This document shows positions 1 through 10,916 of a stretch of 64,000 bases of DNA, piece by piece. The stretch's first letter is position 1. Each line of letters begins with the position of its first letter. The DNA is from Octopus vulgaris. Lineage: Eukaryota. The stretch is taken from NCBI GenBank assembly GCA_951406725.2, contig OX597823.1:114328001-114392000 (forward strand). The letters run 5' to 3'. Made by a program: the position numbers and the translations under genes. The notes under the pieces are model-generated. The model saw nothing but the letters and a program-made list of their open reading frames with translations. It did no database searches and was not told the origin of the DNA.

Positions 1-231
1 ACCTGCCATACACGGACCAACAATTTGACCTCTTTGAAGGTTCGATAGATCTGTCATTTTAATGAATTTTAATTACCTTTTTCTTATGATATATGAAATA
101 AACAGCAATTTTAGCAACATATATTAAGCAACACTGATAATAAATAAAAAAGCAAGCTTTTGACGGTTTTATAGATATTTCAAAATTACGATGCCATGAT
201 GTTAGGTATTTCCATTATTTTGTCCACTCCC

Positions 232-233
<2 letters not shown>
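1..233. mobile_element. Probable right end (TIR) of a Tc1-like DNA transposon, cut by the window edge
   Basis: Ends GGTATTTCCATTATTTTGTCCACTCCCTA|TA. The reverse complement TAGGGAGTGGACAAAATAATGGAAATACC resembles Tc1 termini and abuts TA. The partner end is not in the window. Confidence 0.4.
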
Positions 234-313
<80 letters not shown>

Positions 314-334
314 TTCACATATACACACACATAC

Positions 335-407
<73 letters not shown>

Positions 408-412
408 TATAT

Positions 413-452
<40 letters not shown>

Positions 453-741
453 GTAGAGAGAGAGAGAGAGAGAGAGAATATGGTGTGGGTAAGATCACTT
501 GTAAGCTAAACGAAGAGGTACGCTGCATAAGTTCTATAGTTAGTTGAACATTGGGTCCAAGATCACAGCTAAGGCTGGATCTAGGGATCCGCGTTAGGGT
601 TCCGTTATAGGATGTGTATATTGTGTTAGAGGAGAAATCGAACCCATGGCAGAAAGCGTATCTCAAGTCATTTAGAATAATTTTTTTCGGTGAATTTGAA
701 GTCTTACAGCTGCTTCTTGGATAACCCAAGTGGTTGGTTAA

Positions 742-1081
742 CATGTCCGTGCACTGGATATTCCGTCGTCAGACTCAAGGTATGAATAATTTAGACGGGG
801 AAAATTTATAGTTTACAAGAAATAAAATTCACATATTATAAGGAATAAAACAGAAGAACTTCGTAATAAAATAGAAGAATAACGAGTAAAAGTACAAGAA
901 TATAGTCAGATCTTCTAACTACTTTTACTCTATATTCTTCTATGTTACTTCTTTATTCATCTATTTTATTCCTTATAAACTGTGAATTTTATTCCTTGTA
1001 AACTGTAACTTTTCCCCGTCTAAAATATTTATATCTTTGGTTGATAATCTCAACAAAAACTCTCCAACGAACAGGAACATG
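742..1081. mobile_element. Fold-back/MITE-like imperfect long inverted repeat
   Basis: TTTAGACGGGGAAAATTTATAGTTTACAAGAAATAAAATTCACA (~790-833) pairs with TGTGAATTTTATTCCTTGTAAACTGTAACTTTTCCCCGTCTAAA (~981-1024). Symmetry continues to a centre near 905, with internal ~20-bp subrepeats. Confidence 0.55.
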
Positions 1082-2031
1082 AAACTCTAACAGTCTTTGT
1101 GGTGCTTTTGCAGATTTATGAATAAAGTGTATATATATATAAATATAATATATATATATAATTTACTTGGAAGAGGTGGCGTGGCGTTCGATCATATAAT
1201 AACAATATAATAAATATAACATATGCATACATACATACATATATGTACATACCTACATCTATATGTATATATACATGCATATATGGGTACAGGACACCAC
1301 AAAAAAGAACGTAGAACACAACGAGAAACGAAAATATAAAAACAAAACATGGAAACGGACTTTCTTTAAACAACGAAAGAACAGATTACAAGACATACAG
1401 CATAAGGAACATCCCCCTTCTTCAGCTGCCCCTGCTTCGACTTATTGCGTGTTTGTTATTATATTTATATATATCTTACATACCCTATCTTGTCTTAAAT
1501 TACTTTATATTGTGCCTGTAAAGGTCTGAAATTGCTAGCCGCCTTATTATTACCGTAAATAACGGTAATAATACGACTTTACTTAAATTTATCTTATTTA
1601 CGATAGTTTCTTTTAAACGGAGCCAGATGATTAAAGTAAGGAATGCACAAGAGCTAACGTAGTGTATATTTTAGTAATAGATGTTAAATGCCGTCTTCAA
1701 CTGAAGATAGCAAAGCATGTTGTTATGCAAAGCGTGATATCAATTGGTATTGAAATATGTACTACTAATCTATGTATTCAAATCAAAAGTAATCCTGTTT
1801 CGGAAATGTTCATTGCGATGCTCGTCTCTATCTTTATCGTAATTTTTATGGTGGTTTTTTGGTGCAACAGATTTCATTTTAGTAACTGGTATTATATACC
1901 CTACCTTATCCTAAATTACTTAAGGGTACGCGTGTCTGTGAATTGCTCGGCCACTTGCAGGTAAATTTTATGAGTAGGCTGTTCTCTTGATCAGGTCACC
2001 TTGAACCCTCGTCGCCTTAACAGAGTGCTAG

Positions 2032-2123
<92 letters not shown>

Positions 2124-2127
2124 CATG

Positions 2128-2175
<48 letters not shown>

Positions 2176-2228
2176 AATAGATGAAAAAATGGAGTTGAAC
2201 GACGAATTAACAAAGTTCCTTTATTTTA

Positions 2229-2311
2229 TTTTCGACATATGTTTCGAACGCTACATATTCCTAATTTCAAAGGAATAAGGGGTGAATTATGCCGCCTTCT
2301 CATCAGGAAAA
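2229..2311 (-). ncRNA. Type I hammerhead ribozyme (inverted copy)
   Basis: Reverse-complement copy of 2489-2571 with the core intact and one mismatch in stem II (GAAGGC/GCGTTC). Confidence 0.7.
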
Positions 2312-2488
2312 ACAAGGAACTTATGTCAGCATCAAGATGCACAAAAAAACTTTTAGATGACTGCCCACACGGAGCCCATAGCGATAATGGATTATCGATA
2401 ATGGATAATAGATTATCGCTATGGGCTCCGTGTGGGCAGTCATCTAAAAGCTTTTTTGTGCATCTTGATGCTGACATAAGTTCCTTGT

Positions 2489-2571
2489 TTTTCCTGATGA
2501 GAAGGCGGCATAATGCACCCCTTATTCCTTCGAAATTACGAATATGCAGCCTTCGAAACATATGTCGAAAA
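2489..2571 (+). ncRNA. Type I hammerhead ribozyme with extended stem II
   Basis: TTTTC-CTGATGA-GAAGGC..(GCATA/TATGC)..GCCTTC-GAAA-CATATG-TC-GAAAA. Canonical core, 5-bp stem I, 6-bp stem II plus extension, palindromic stem III ACATATGT, GUC triplet. Confidence 0.8.
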
Positions 2572-2965
2572 TAAAAGAAAGGAATTTTGTTAATTCGTCG
2601 TTCAACTCCATTCTTTCATTTATTTGTATTTAAAAAAAACACACAAATTTCCACACGATAGCACGTGATCTCTGCCCTAGGCATGTAGCTTCAACCGTGT
2701 TTTTCTGACGTGAATTTGCTACCCAGGTATCGGTTAACCGAATTATCCATAATAGGATAATTCATTCAACTACTCAATTATATATATATATATATATTTC
2801 GGAATGGTCATATTGCCAGTTTAGCCAATAAAAACACACGCACTATATATTTGGTGTTATTTTGCTTCAGTGATATTTATTTTTTACATTAATCTTAATC
2901 TTATTTCGGCCAAAGTTCTTTAAACGTATATATATATATACATATATATACATATAGATGTTGGA

Positions 2966-3290
2966 CAATATACTGTGATAGCCTGGGCTTCAGAGGCCCA
3001 CAGCTCTTCAATATCCTCCCGAAGAACGTGAGAGACCTGCATGGGGTGGATGCAGATGTCTTTAAAATGAAACTGGATCTCTTCCTGTCAGGTGTCCCAG
3101 ATGAACCAACGTCACGACAGGAGGTGCAGATGAGGGCAGCTGCATCGAACTCTCTCGTGCACCAAATGGCAATTGCTAAAAAGCACTCGTGAAATAACAT
3201 CATGTAGCAATACCAAATGGCGGTGCTCCAGCATGGCCACAGCTCGTGAGCCGAAACTAGATAAAATAAAAATAATAAAAATAAATTTTA
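2966..3290 (+). mobile_element. LINE 3' fragment (CR1-group-like ORF2 C-terminus plus tail)
   Basis: Reads YCDSLGFRGPQLFNILPKNVRDLHGVDADVFKMKLDLFLSGVPDEPT...HQM, then the tail GGCGGTGCTCCAGCATGGCCACAG...GAAAC and an A-rich end. Related copy at 36013-36305. Confidence 0.7.
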
Positions 3291-3299
3291 TATATATAC

Positions 3300-3333
<34 letters not shown>

Positions 3334-3423
3334 CCCTATGTATACAGCTGTTTGTTTTTGTTTGTTTTGTTTTGTTTTTCCAGTTTCAGCTCTTGAGCTG
3401 TGGCCATGCTGGGGCACCGCCAT

Positions 3424-3582
3424 TGTGGTGAAAGAGTACAGCAGGGATCACCACCCCCTGCCGGAGCCTCGTAGAGCTTTTAGGTGTTTTCGCTCAATAA
3501 ACACACACAACGCCCGGTCTGAGAATCGAAACCGCGATCCTGCGACCGCGAGTCCGCTGCCCTAACCACTAGGCCATTGCCT
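3424..3582 (-). mobile_element. tRNA-derived SINE family A, 5' part
   Basis: Reverse complement of the head seen at 12977 and 16351 (CAATGGCCTAGTGGTTAGGGCAGCGGACTCGCGGTCG...GGTTTCGATTC), with A/B-box-like motifs. Confidence 0.85.
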
Positions 3583-4164
3583 CTAGCTGTGCTTCGGTTA
3601 ATGAAATTTATTTCGCAGTTTTATTTCGTTCCTTTATCACGTGGAGCTGACATGTTTTTTCTTGCTTGTTTTCAGATAACATCTTTTAGTAAATTGGAAG
3701 AAAGAAATGCTTCTTTAAAATACAATATGTTTACATTGCTCTTTAGTGCTCCAGCATGGCCGCAGTCAAATGACTGAAACAAATAAAAGAATGAAAGAAT
3801 ACAACATTTCCTTTGAACACAATTATATTTAATTCAATCTCAAAAGATATCGACATTATATAGAAAAATACTCCTTTAAACAAAATTATATGTAATTCAA
3901 TCAATCCATAAAAACTTTCTGAAGTTTATGCAAGGAGTTAAAAGTATAAAACAAACCAACAAACTAACAAAAAAAACAAAAAACAAATGGCATCAATGAT
4001 TTCATTGTATAATAGAAACTCATAAAAGTTAGCTGCTTTTCTGTTTTTCTTATGAACCTCTAATTTGTTCCTATAAGAACTCGGTACTTTTAGACAGATC
4101 TCTACTTCTATAAATTCTAGGTTTTTGTTCCAGATATATGTAGTTCTCTGTTTATCGTTATGAA

Positions 4165-4567
4165 CTCTTTTACCCTTTTACTCTTTTACTTGTTTCAGTC
4201 CTTTGACTGCAGCCATGCTGGAGCACCGCCTTTAGTCGAGCAAATCGACCCCGGGACTTATTCTTTGTAAGCCCAGTACTTATTCTATCGGTCACTTTTG
4301 CCGAACCGCTAAGTGACGGCGACGTAAACACACCAGCATCGGTTGTCAAGCAATGCTAGGGGGACAGACACAGACACACAAACATGCACACACACATATA
4401 TATGTATATATTTATATACATATATACGACGGGCTTCTTTCAGTTTCCGTCTACCAAATTCACTCACAAGGCTTTGGTCGGCCCGAGGCTATAGTAGAAG
4501 ACACTTGCCCAAGATGCCACGTAGTGGGACTGAACCCGGAACCATGTGGTTGGTAAGCAAGCTACTT
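4165..4567 (-). mobile_element. SINE family B body, head displaced to 6755-6793
   Basis: Reverse complement of the full copy at 7724-8119, lacking the first ~23 nt. Confidence 0.85.
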
Positions 4568-6754
4568 TATTTCAAAACATTTGCCATAAAGGCAGTACAC
4601 AGATTAAGTTAGCTTTGCGGGCTGGACGAGGACATTAATGAAGTGAATGATAATGAAAGAAAGATGATAAGGATGGGAGAAGACAGAAAGCGCCCGCCGA
4701 CTTTTGCTTCTCTAAAACATTGTTCTTTTTAAAAAGATAAACACAAAACGAGGTATAAAACCTCTTACAATTTTTCCCAATTTTTGGGCTTAGCAGTCCA
4801 TTATTAATACAAAACGAGGTATTAATCCTCTTACAATTTTTCAATTTTTGGACTTAAGTCCATTACTAATAATACATATCGTCCTCGAAATAGCTTGTGC
4901 CCGCGCCCTCCACCATCAACCACGCCTCCCTCAGAACGTAGTCAAGTTCCGAGTTCGCGTCGCCCGGGACCAAGTTATAATCTTCGTTGAGCTCCTTTAG
5001 CCCTAGCGTCACGTCGAACGCCACGGCCTCCACAGCTACCTGCGGAGGCCATTCGGGGTCCTGTGTGAAGGCTAAATGTGCTCCCTTGTAGTGCTCTTCC
5101 ATCACTTTTTCAATTTCTCCTCCTCTATAGAAGAGGACCAACACATTTCGTTGGCGGCACAGTTTCCGCCAACGGTATTCCTTCTCTTGTCGGTGGCACA
5201 ACCCCAACCGACGTAGTTCCGCGACATTCCGGTGCTACACTGACAGCCGGTAATGTCCCGTTTTTCTTCCTCTTTTTCTTTTTTTTCCTTTTTCAACTGA
5301 GGGAGGGTGCGTCTCCTCCGTGGCTGGAAGATTCGCCTTCCTCTCCTCATCCCTATTATCCTTTGGTGAGCACCCATTGTTGCTCACCTTCCTCTTTCGG
5401 CCTCTGTTTGAGGAGTCCTCTGCTTTCTCGGCCGTTATCGTTCCCTCTTCTAGAGGGGTTTTACTTAACTGTTCCGGGATCCTATTTTGTTCCCGAGGAC
5501 AGTTCTTCTTTATGTGGCCGGACTCCAAGCACCGATGACACTTAGTGGGGCGACCCTCAAGCATCACCGGGTACCTGCACCCGGCCATTTTAAAAAATCT
5601 GGAAGAACCAGATTGGCTGATTGTGTCCACAGAGTCAAAATTGCTTTCGACCCAACCCAAGCAGCCGCAGGAAGAACTTTTACATTGAGGAGCTTAGTTT
5701 CGCTGTCACCCAGACCCCGGCGGATAGTCTCCTCTATCCACTCGGGTTCTATGTCGGGTGGCAGTCCGCAGATCCAAGCTTTCATCAATTTCTTTTTTTT
5801 GTACGTGGGCAGGAATAAGATTTCCTTACCCTCCAACGGTTTGCTAGCAAATATGCAAGTCTTCAGGGGTGTCAAATAGCAACCACACCGTTGCATATTT
5901 GACACCCCTGAAATGAATTTAATTGTTGGCAAATACTCTTCCAACTCCTCCTCAATTGCCGTCTTTTCGAATAGGGCGATGGTGTCAAGTGCCTTGGAGT
6001 AGGTTCTCAACACCACCGTCCTATCTTCACGGTCTTTTAACCACTTTTTGGGTGGTATGATTTCCCACTCCAAAATTTTGTTATTTTTCATTGCCATGTT
6101 TTTTTAAAAATATATTCAAATTAAACTCAAAAGCAGGAAGAAAAAAGTTCAAAAGTCTAAATAAAATTTGATAGATTTTTGAAAAAACAAAAAGGAGAAA
6201 GCACAACAGAAGGGAAGAAATTAACGGAAAGTCGCAATAAAGAAAAAAAAACAAAAGGGGGGGGGTTAAATGAAGTTCAAAAGAAAGTTAATAAACAGAA
6301 AAAACACAGCAAAAATATTCTGGCCTTGCGGTACTCCCGGCCTGGGTTGAACCTGGAACGCGGCAACTGCAACACAACCTCCACAAAAATGGGTCCGAAA
6401 GGTAATCCAATAGTGGCTTATTTTTATAATTTTCTTGCGAAGTAGTAAAACACAAGCAAACAAATTAATTTTTGCGGAGGGGCTACGCCTCCTCAAAAAG
6501 CACAATTCTCACTAAAGAGTGAGACCTTAGACACGACAACAGGCAGAGAAATATATCTGAAGTAAAGTGAAGTCTATTACCCGCAAAAAAATATTAATGC
6601 TAGATAACGTTAACTGCTAAATAACATTAAGCAAGCAATAAACTTCACTATGCTTCTAAAAATACAGAACGTCTTACCTGTCACCGAGTCAAAAGTTCAA
6701 CATTTCACGTTCAAACACGTGACATTTGCAGGAGCAAAAAACAACACGTCTGTC
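4568..6754 (-). mobile_element. ORF1-only non-LTR retroelement (L1/Tx1/HAL1-like) inserted in a SINE head
   Basis: Flanked by a TSD: TGGTAAGCAAGCTACTT (4551-4567) and TGGTAAG-AAGCTACTT (6755-6770). Contains a frameshifted ORF with a CCHC knuckle. AATAAA spans the 3' junction on the minus strand. No RT or endonuclease recognised. Confidence 0.75.
4866..6097 (-). pseudogene. Frameshifted ORF1/gag-like nucleic-acid-binding protein (~400 aa) with CX2CX4HX4C zinc knuckle
   Basis: Overlapping track ORFs 5564-6097, 5235-5660 and 4866-5207. ICGLPPDIEPEWI (RRM-like ORF1 motif), then EGRPTKCHRCLESGHIKKNCP, then a basic low-complexity linker. Confidence 0.75.
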
Positions 6755-6793
6755 TGGTAAGAAGCTACTTACCACACAGCCACTCCTGCGCCT
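6755..6793 (-). mobile_element. Displaced tRNA-like head of the SINE B copy at 4165-4567
   Basis: GCTACTTACCACACAGCCACTCCTGCGCCT is the reverse complement of the SINE B 5' end at 7723-7752, with one mismatch. Confidence 0.8.
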
Positions 6794-7723
6794 GTAAGTT
6801 ATTTCACAAAAGCGAGTAAGCAAAGCCAGATATGATGTATTCTCTTCATCACTATTTTTTGTTAACTCCTTAATGTGTTTCATATTCAGTCTCTCGTTAT
6901 TAACATACAAAATGTCCTGAGTATTCATACTATCGGGTTCTTCGTAGACTTCTATCATTTGTAAAAGCTATTTCTGATCAGTACTGGTCAATCGTTGTCT
7001 CACGTTTTTTCTTATCTGCATTTGTAAACGCGATTTTTCAGCACATGCGAATGAAGTATACATCTTTAATATTTTCTCATTGATCTCCAATATATTTTAT
7101 TGCTTTTTACAACATTTCTTTGAGAAACTATTCAGTGTCATCGTCATAGTCCTTGATCAAGTGAAAATAAAAATATCAAATAAAAAAAAGATCAAAAGTA
7201 AAATAAAAAGAACTACTTGTCGATAGGCAGTATTAGTGAAATGTTTTCATGGAATGAAACGGATAATTAAGAGGTGCACCCATTGAGAGACAGCCAAGTC
7301 TTGAAGATTGGTCAGGAGCGATGACACAAACCGTAATTGGATTATATACGAAATCATTTTTGGGAAAGTAAGTTTGTCAGCGAAGCAGGAATGCTCAATA
7401 AATTATTGAGTAAAACATCTGGTGTAGCTTATACTTTTCTGTGTGATTTCCGATCGTCAGACTGGTGTGTAGACTGTCAGAATGATGTAGACGCCTCTGA
7501 TGAGAATCCAATAAGCTTTGAAAAATCGATTAAGGTTGTTCATCATTTTTTCAGTCTGTAGGGAAATAGTTAAAATTGAATACCCTGAAAAATTTCATAT
7601 TATGCCATATGTTACATAAATGTATATACACATAATGTTGTGTGTGTGTCTGTGTGTGTGTGTATTCACACACATCTAATTAAATACATGACTTGAAGTT
7701 CATACTGTTAAGTCAAACTTTTA

Positions 7724-8119
7724 GGCGTAGGAGTGGCTGTGTGGTAAGTAGCTTGCTCACCATCCACATGGTTCCGGGTTCAGTCCCACTGCGTGGCACC
7801 TTGGGTAAATGTCTTATCCTATAGCCTCGAGCCGACCAAAGCCTTGTGAGTGGATTTGGTAGACGGAAACGGAAAGAAGCCCGTCGTATATATGTATGTA
7901 TGTGTGTATATGTTTGTGAGTCTGTGTTTGTCCCCCAACATCGTTAGACAACCGATGCTGGTGTTTTTACGTCCCCGTAACTTAGCGGTTCGGCAAACGA
8001 GAACGATAGAATAAGTACCAGGCTTACAAATAATAAATCCTGGGGTTGATTTGCTCGACTAAAGGCGGTGCTCCAGCATAGCGACAGTCACATGACTGAA
8101 GCAAGTAAAAGAGTAAAAG
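7724..8119 (+). mobile_element. Full-length tRNA-derived SINE family B
   Basis: Head GGCGTAGGAGTGGCTGTGTGGTAAG (A box) ... GGTTCAGTCCC (B box), internal TG/TA tract, LINE-like tail GGCGGTGCTCCAGCAT...GTAAAAGAGTAAAAG. Confidence 0.9.
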
Positions 8120-8478
8120 GGAGTGAATAGATTTTGTAACATCTTTCTCTCGGAGTTTTAGTGACATCTGCTCTTAATAACAAACTCAGCGATTTATTGC
8201 TAATTTGTAGTCATATAGTTTCTCGACTTCTGAAATAAAAGTTTTAGATAATTGTTTCTAAAGAAACCGACATTCATAGATATCGTGCATATTCTTTTAA
8301 ATTTATATGATTCTCTTCAGTTGTACCAGATTTTCCAATGAAGACATCGGCATACCTATAATTCGAAAGCTATGGATATCGGATTATTTATTAACCTTTT
8401 CAAAACCACGTAAGAGAAGCAACAAAGAGTTCAGTGACTTCCTCAACATATTTTTTCCAAGTGATTGAATAAATTCAA

Positions 8479-8925
8479 GGATCTTTTCGGTTTGAACGGC
8501 AGTTTTTTTCTAGCGGGGCCATATGGAATTTTCACCCATAATTATGACGCTAGTATCGATATATTGCATTTCAATCTGTTTTAGGGTTAGGGTAAGGGTT
8601 AGGGTTAGGGTAAGGGTTAGGGTTAGGGGTGGAGGGAAGGGTAACTTTTTTCTTCAGAAATGTAAATAAACCTAATCTGTTTCTTAAACGAAACACATAT
8701 TCATACGGCACAGAATGTTTTCACCTCAATAGACGTCATTGATTGGCTGAAATTGCAGAAATTGAACAAAAACAACAACAAATATCTTACAAACTATAGA
8801 ATTTTCTCAATAAAGCCAAGAGTAAAAGATGTTTTATAAACACATTGTACCAGTATACGAAGTTTAAAAGTGTTTAGTTACGTGGAAATTATTTTTAAAA
8901 ACTGCCGGTCAAACCGAAAAGATCT
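8479..8925. mobile_element. MITE with ~28-bp TIRs, 7-bp TSD and internal (TTAGGG)n
   Basis: GATCTTTTCGGTTTGAACGGCAGTTTTT / AAAAACTGCCGGTCAAACCGAAAAGATC, flanked by AATTCAA at 8472-8478 and 8926-8932. TTAGGG/TAAGGG x8 at 8581-8628. Confidence 0.85.
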
Positions 8926-9599
8926 AATTCAACATGATTTGCTTGGAAGAGCAGCAAGTAACACCCGGATTTATCAAACTTTTAACTTTTCCTCATATTC
9001 TTTTTTGCACTACATTACTAGACTTACGGTAATATTAGTGTGCATGGCAACATTTACCTTCTCATATTGATTCATTTTTAATTTTTAAAGTTGACACTTG
9101 CAAGTCATAATAATTCCGCAAGAACAATTTTCTTTTCTTTATATTCTTTTAATAATATTTAATTTACTGTCTAATAATATTTCTTGTAATTTACGTGTCT
9201 TGTTCGCATACTAAAAGTACTGATGAAATATTAAAATAAGCTGTCAAATTAAGAAACTGCTACAGAAGTCATTTCGTTTGGTATGGTCAAGAACTCCAGG
9301 AGGCAAACATATAAACCAGCTGTAGTTGACTGATTGCTTTCTTTTGTGTGCGATGACACCACGAGATCGCTTCATATAAGGAGGCACTCATTTGTGTGGG
9401 AAACTATGCGAACGGCCAATCAACAAACAAGGAGATTTTCGTGATTTTAGATGTTAGTCTATTACAATATCAATCTTTTCTGTATCGTGCAATCATACCA
9501 GAGGTCATAAGCATGTATGTGTGTCTGCGTGTATGTGTTTGTGTGTTTGTATGTCAGAGTGTTTGAGTATGTATGTATGTGGGTGTGTATATATATGTC

Positions 9600-9633
<34 letters not shown>

Positions 9634-9954
9634 AGTATCTGTAAATATAATATGTGTCAATTATTCGGTAGCCATAGTAAAACTAAGAGTGTCAGATGTT
9701 GGAGCGAAATTCTTTCGATGGCCGGATAACTGAAGAGATAGCGTGGGTTTCCAACCCGAAATCCGAAACTCGGAGTTTTGTCATGGCTGCCGAATAATTG
9801 TCACATATCATATTTCCAGATAAATTCCTGTATTTACATAATATCGAGTTCTGTTTCATTCTTTTGTTGTCTTACCATTTCTATCATTATATATATCAAG
9901 GCGGTGTTCCAGCATGGCCGCAGTCAAATTACTAAAACAAGTAAAAGAATAAAA

Positions 9955-10012
<58 letters not shown>

Positions 10013-10015
<3 letters not shown>

Positions 10016-10545
10016 GGTCCCGGGTTGAGTCGGGGTTAACCACAGTAAATAAGGTACTCAATACATAGCAGAGTAAATTAATTTATTTTATAGAAGGACT
10101 AGAACTGTTTCATTCAAATGAAATCATCAGGAAGCTTGGTGTCAAGAATAGTTTTGGCATTTATACATTTAGGCAGATTTAAAGGGGTGGTGGTGGGGGA
10201 CTTTTTTGGGGTAGGCATGGCGCAAACTGTCGTTCTTAGGGGAGTGGTCAAAAGAATCAGTGATAAAGTAGATAAATGAATAAATAGAATAATAGAATAG
10301 AGTTTTAGGTAAATAAGAAGACTATCGCTTATATATATTCATTTATCTACTTTATCACTGATTCTTTTGATCACTCCCCTAAGAAAGACAGTTTGCGCCA
10401 TGCCTACCCCCCAAAAAGTCCCCCCCCCTTTAAATCTGCCTAAATGTATAAATGCCAAAACTATTCTTGACACCAAGCTTCCTGATAATTTCATTTGAAT
10501 GAAACAGTTCTAGTCCTGTAGAAGCTCCTTCTATAAAATAAATAA
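10013..10545 (-). mobile_element. Penelope-like fragment with inverted duplication, in (TA)n
   Basis: Arms ~10081-10282 and ~10336-10543. Same terminus (GTAGGTCCCGGGTTGAGTCGGGGTTA) as 32508-32705. HHR remnants in both arms. Confidence 0.8.
10476..10526 (+). ncRNA. Type I hammerhead ribozyme with core mutation (G8>A)
   Basis: AGCTTC-CTGATAA-TTTCATTTGAAT-GAAA-CAG..CTG-TA-GAAGCT. The other arm retains CTGATGA but has a deletion removing the cleavage site. Confidence 0.6.
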
Positions 10546-10553
10546 ATAAAAAA

Positions 10554-10603
<50 letters not shown>

Positions 10604-10916
10604 GTATATATATATTTATATGTATATGTATATATATATATATATGTATATATATGTATATACATGCAAGCATTATAAAATTTGAAACAGATATGAACGA
10701 AATATTAATTTTCATGCGTTACAAAAATATGTACACCCTTAAGGAAATTTCCTATATTCAATATTTTATCCAAATTTTTTTTAAAAATTCAGATATTGCT
10801 GATAACTTCAATTCTAATAAATTATTTCTCCTGGCATTTTTGCACCGGTCATTCTTATTGCATCTGCAGGAATTCTGATTTGTGTACCTTGGTGAAAATC
10901 GTCTTCATTTTGATTA

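Larger units (their letters stand above)
2175..2780 (+). mobile_element. Penelope-like element 3' fragment with inverted 5' duplication, in (TA)n
   Basis: Arms ~2175-2388 and ~2414-2625 are reverse complements, followed by a unique 3' extension to 2780. TA arrays on both sides and an HHR in each arm. Shares motifs (GTTCAACTCCATT, TTTGCTACCnAGGTATCGGTTAA) with 48979-49340. Confidence 0.8.

Noticed and set aside
1290-1455. Possible hammerhead on the minus strand (GCAG-CTGAAGA-AGGGG)
   Set aside because: Could not find a correctly placed GAAA, stem III and stem I partner. Probably a repeat fragment.
2226-2574. Two near-identical 111-aa ORFs on opposite strands
   Set aside because: Consequence of the palindrome. 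No recognisable domain.
8581-8628. Telomere or chromosome-fusion scar
   Set aside because: Short, single orientation, and enclosed in a TIR element with a TSD.
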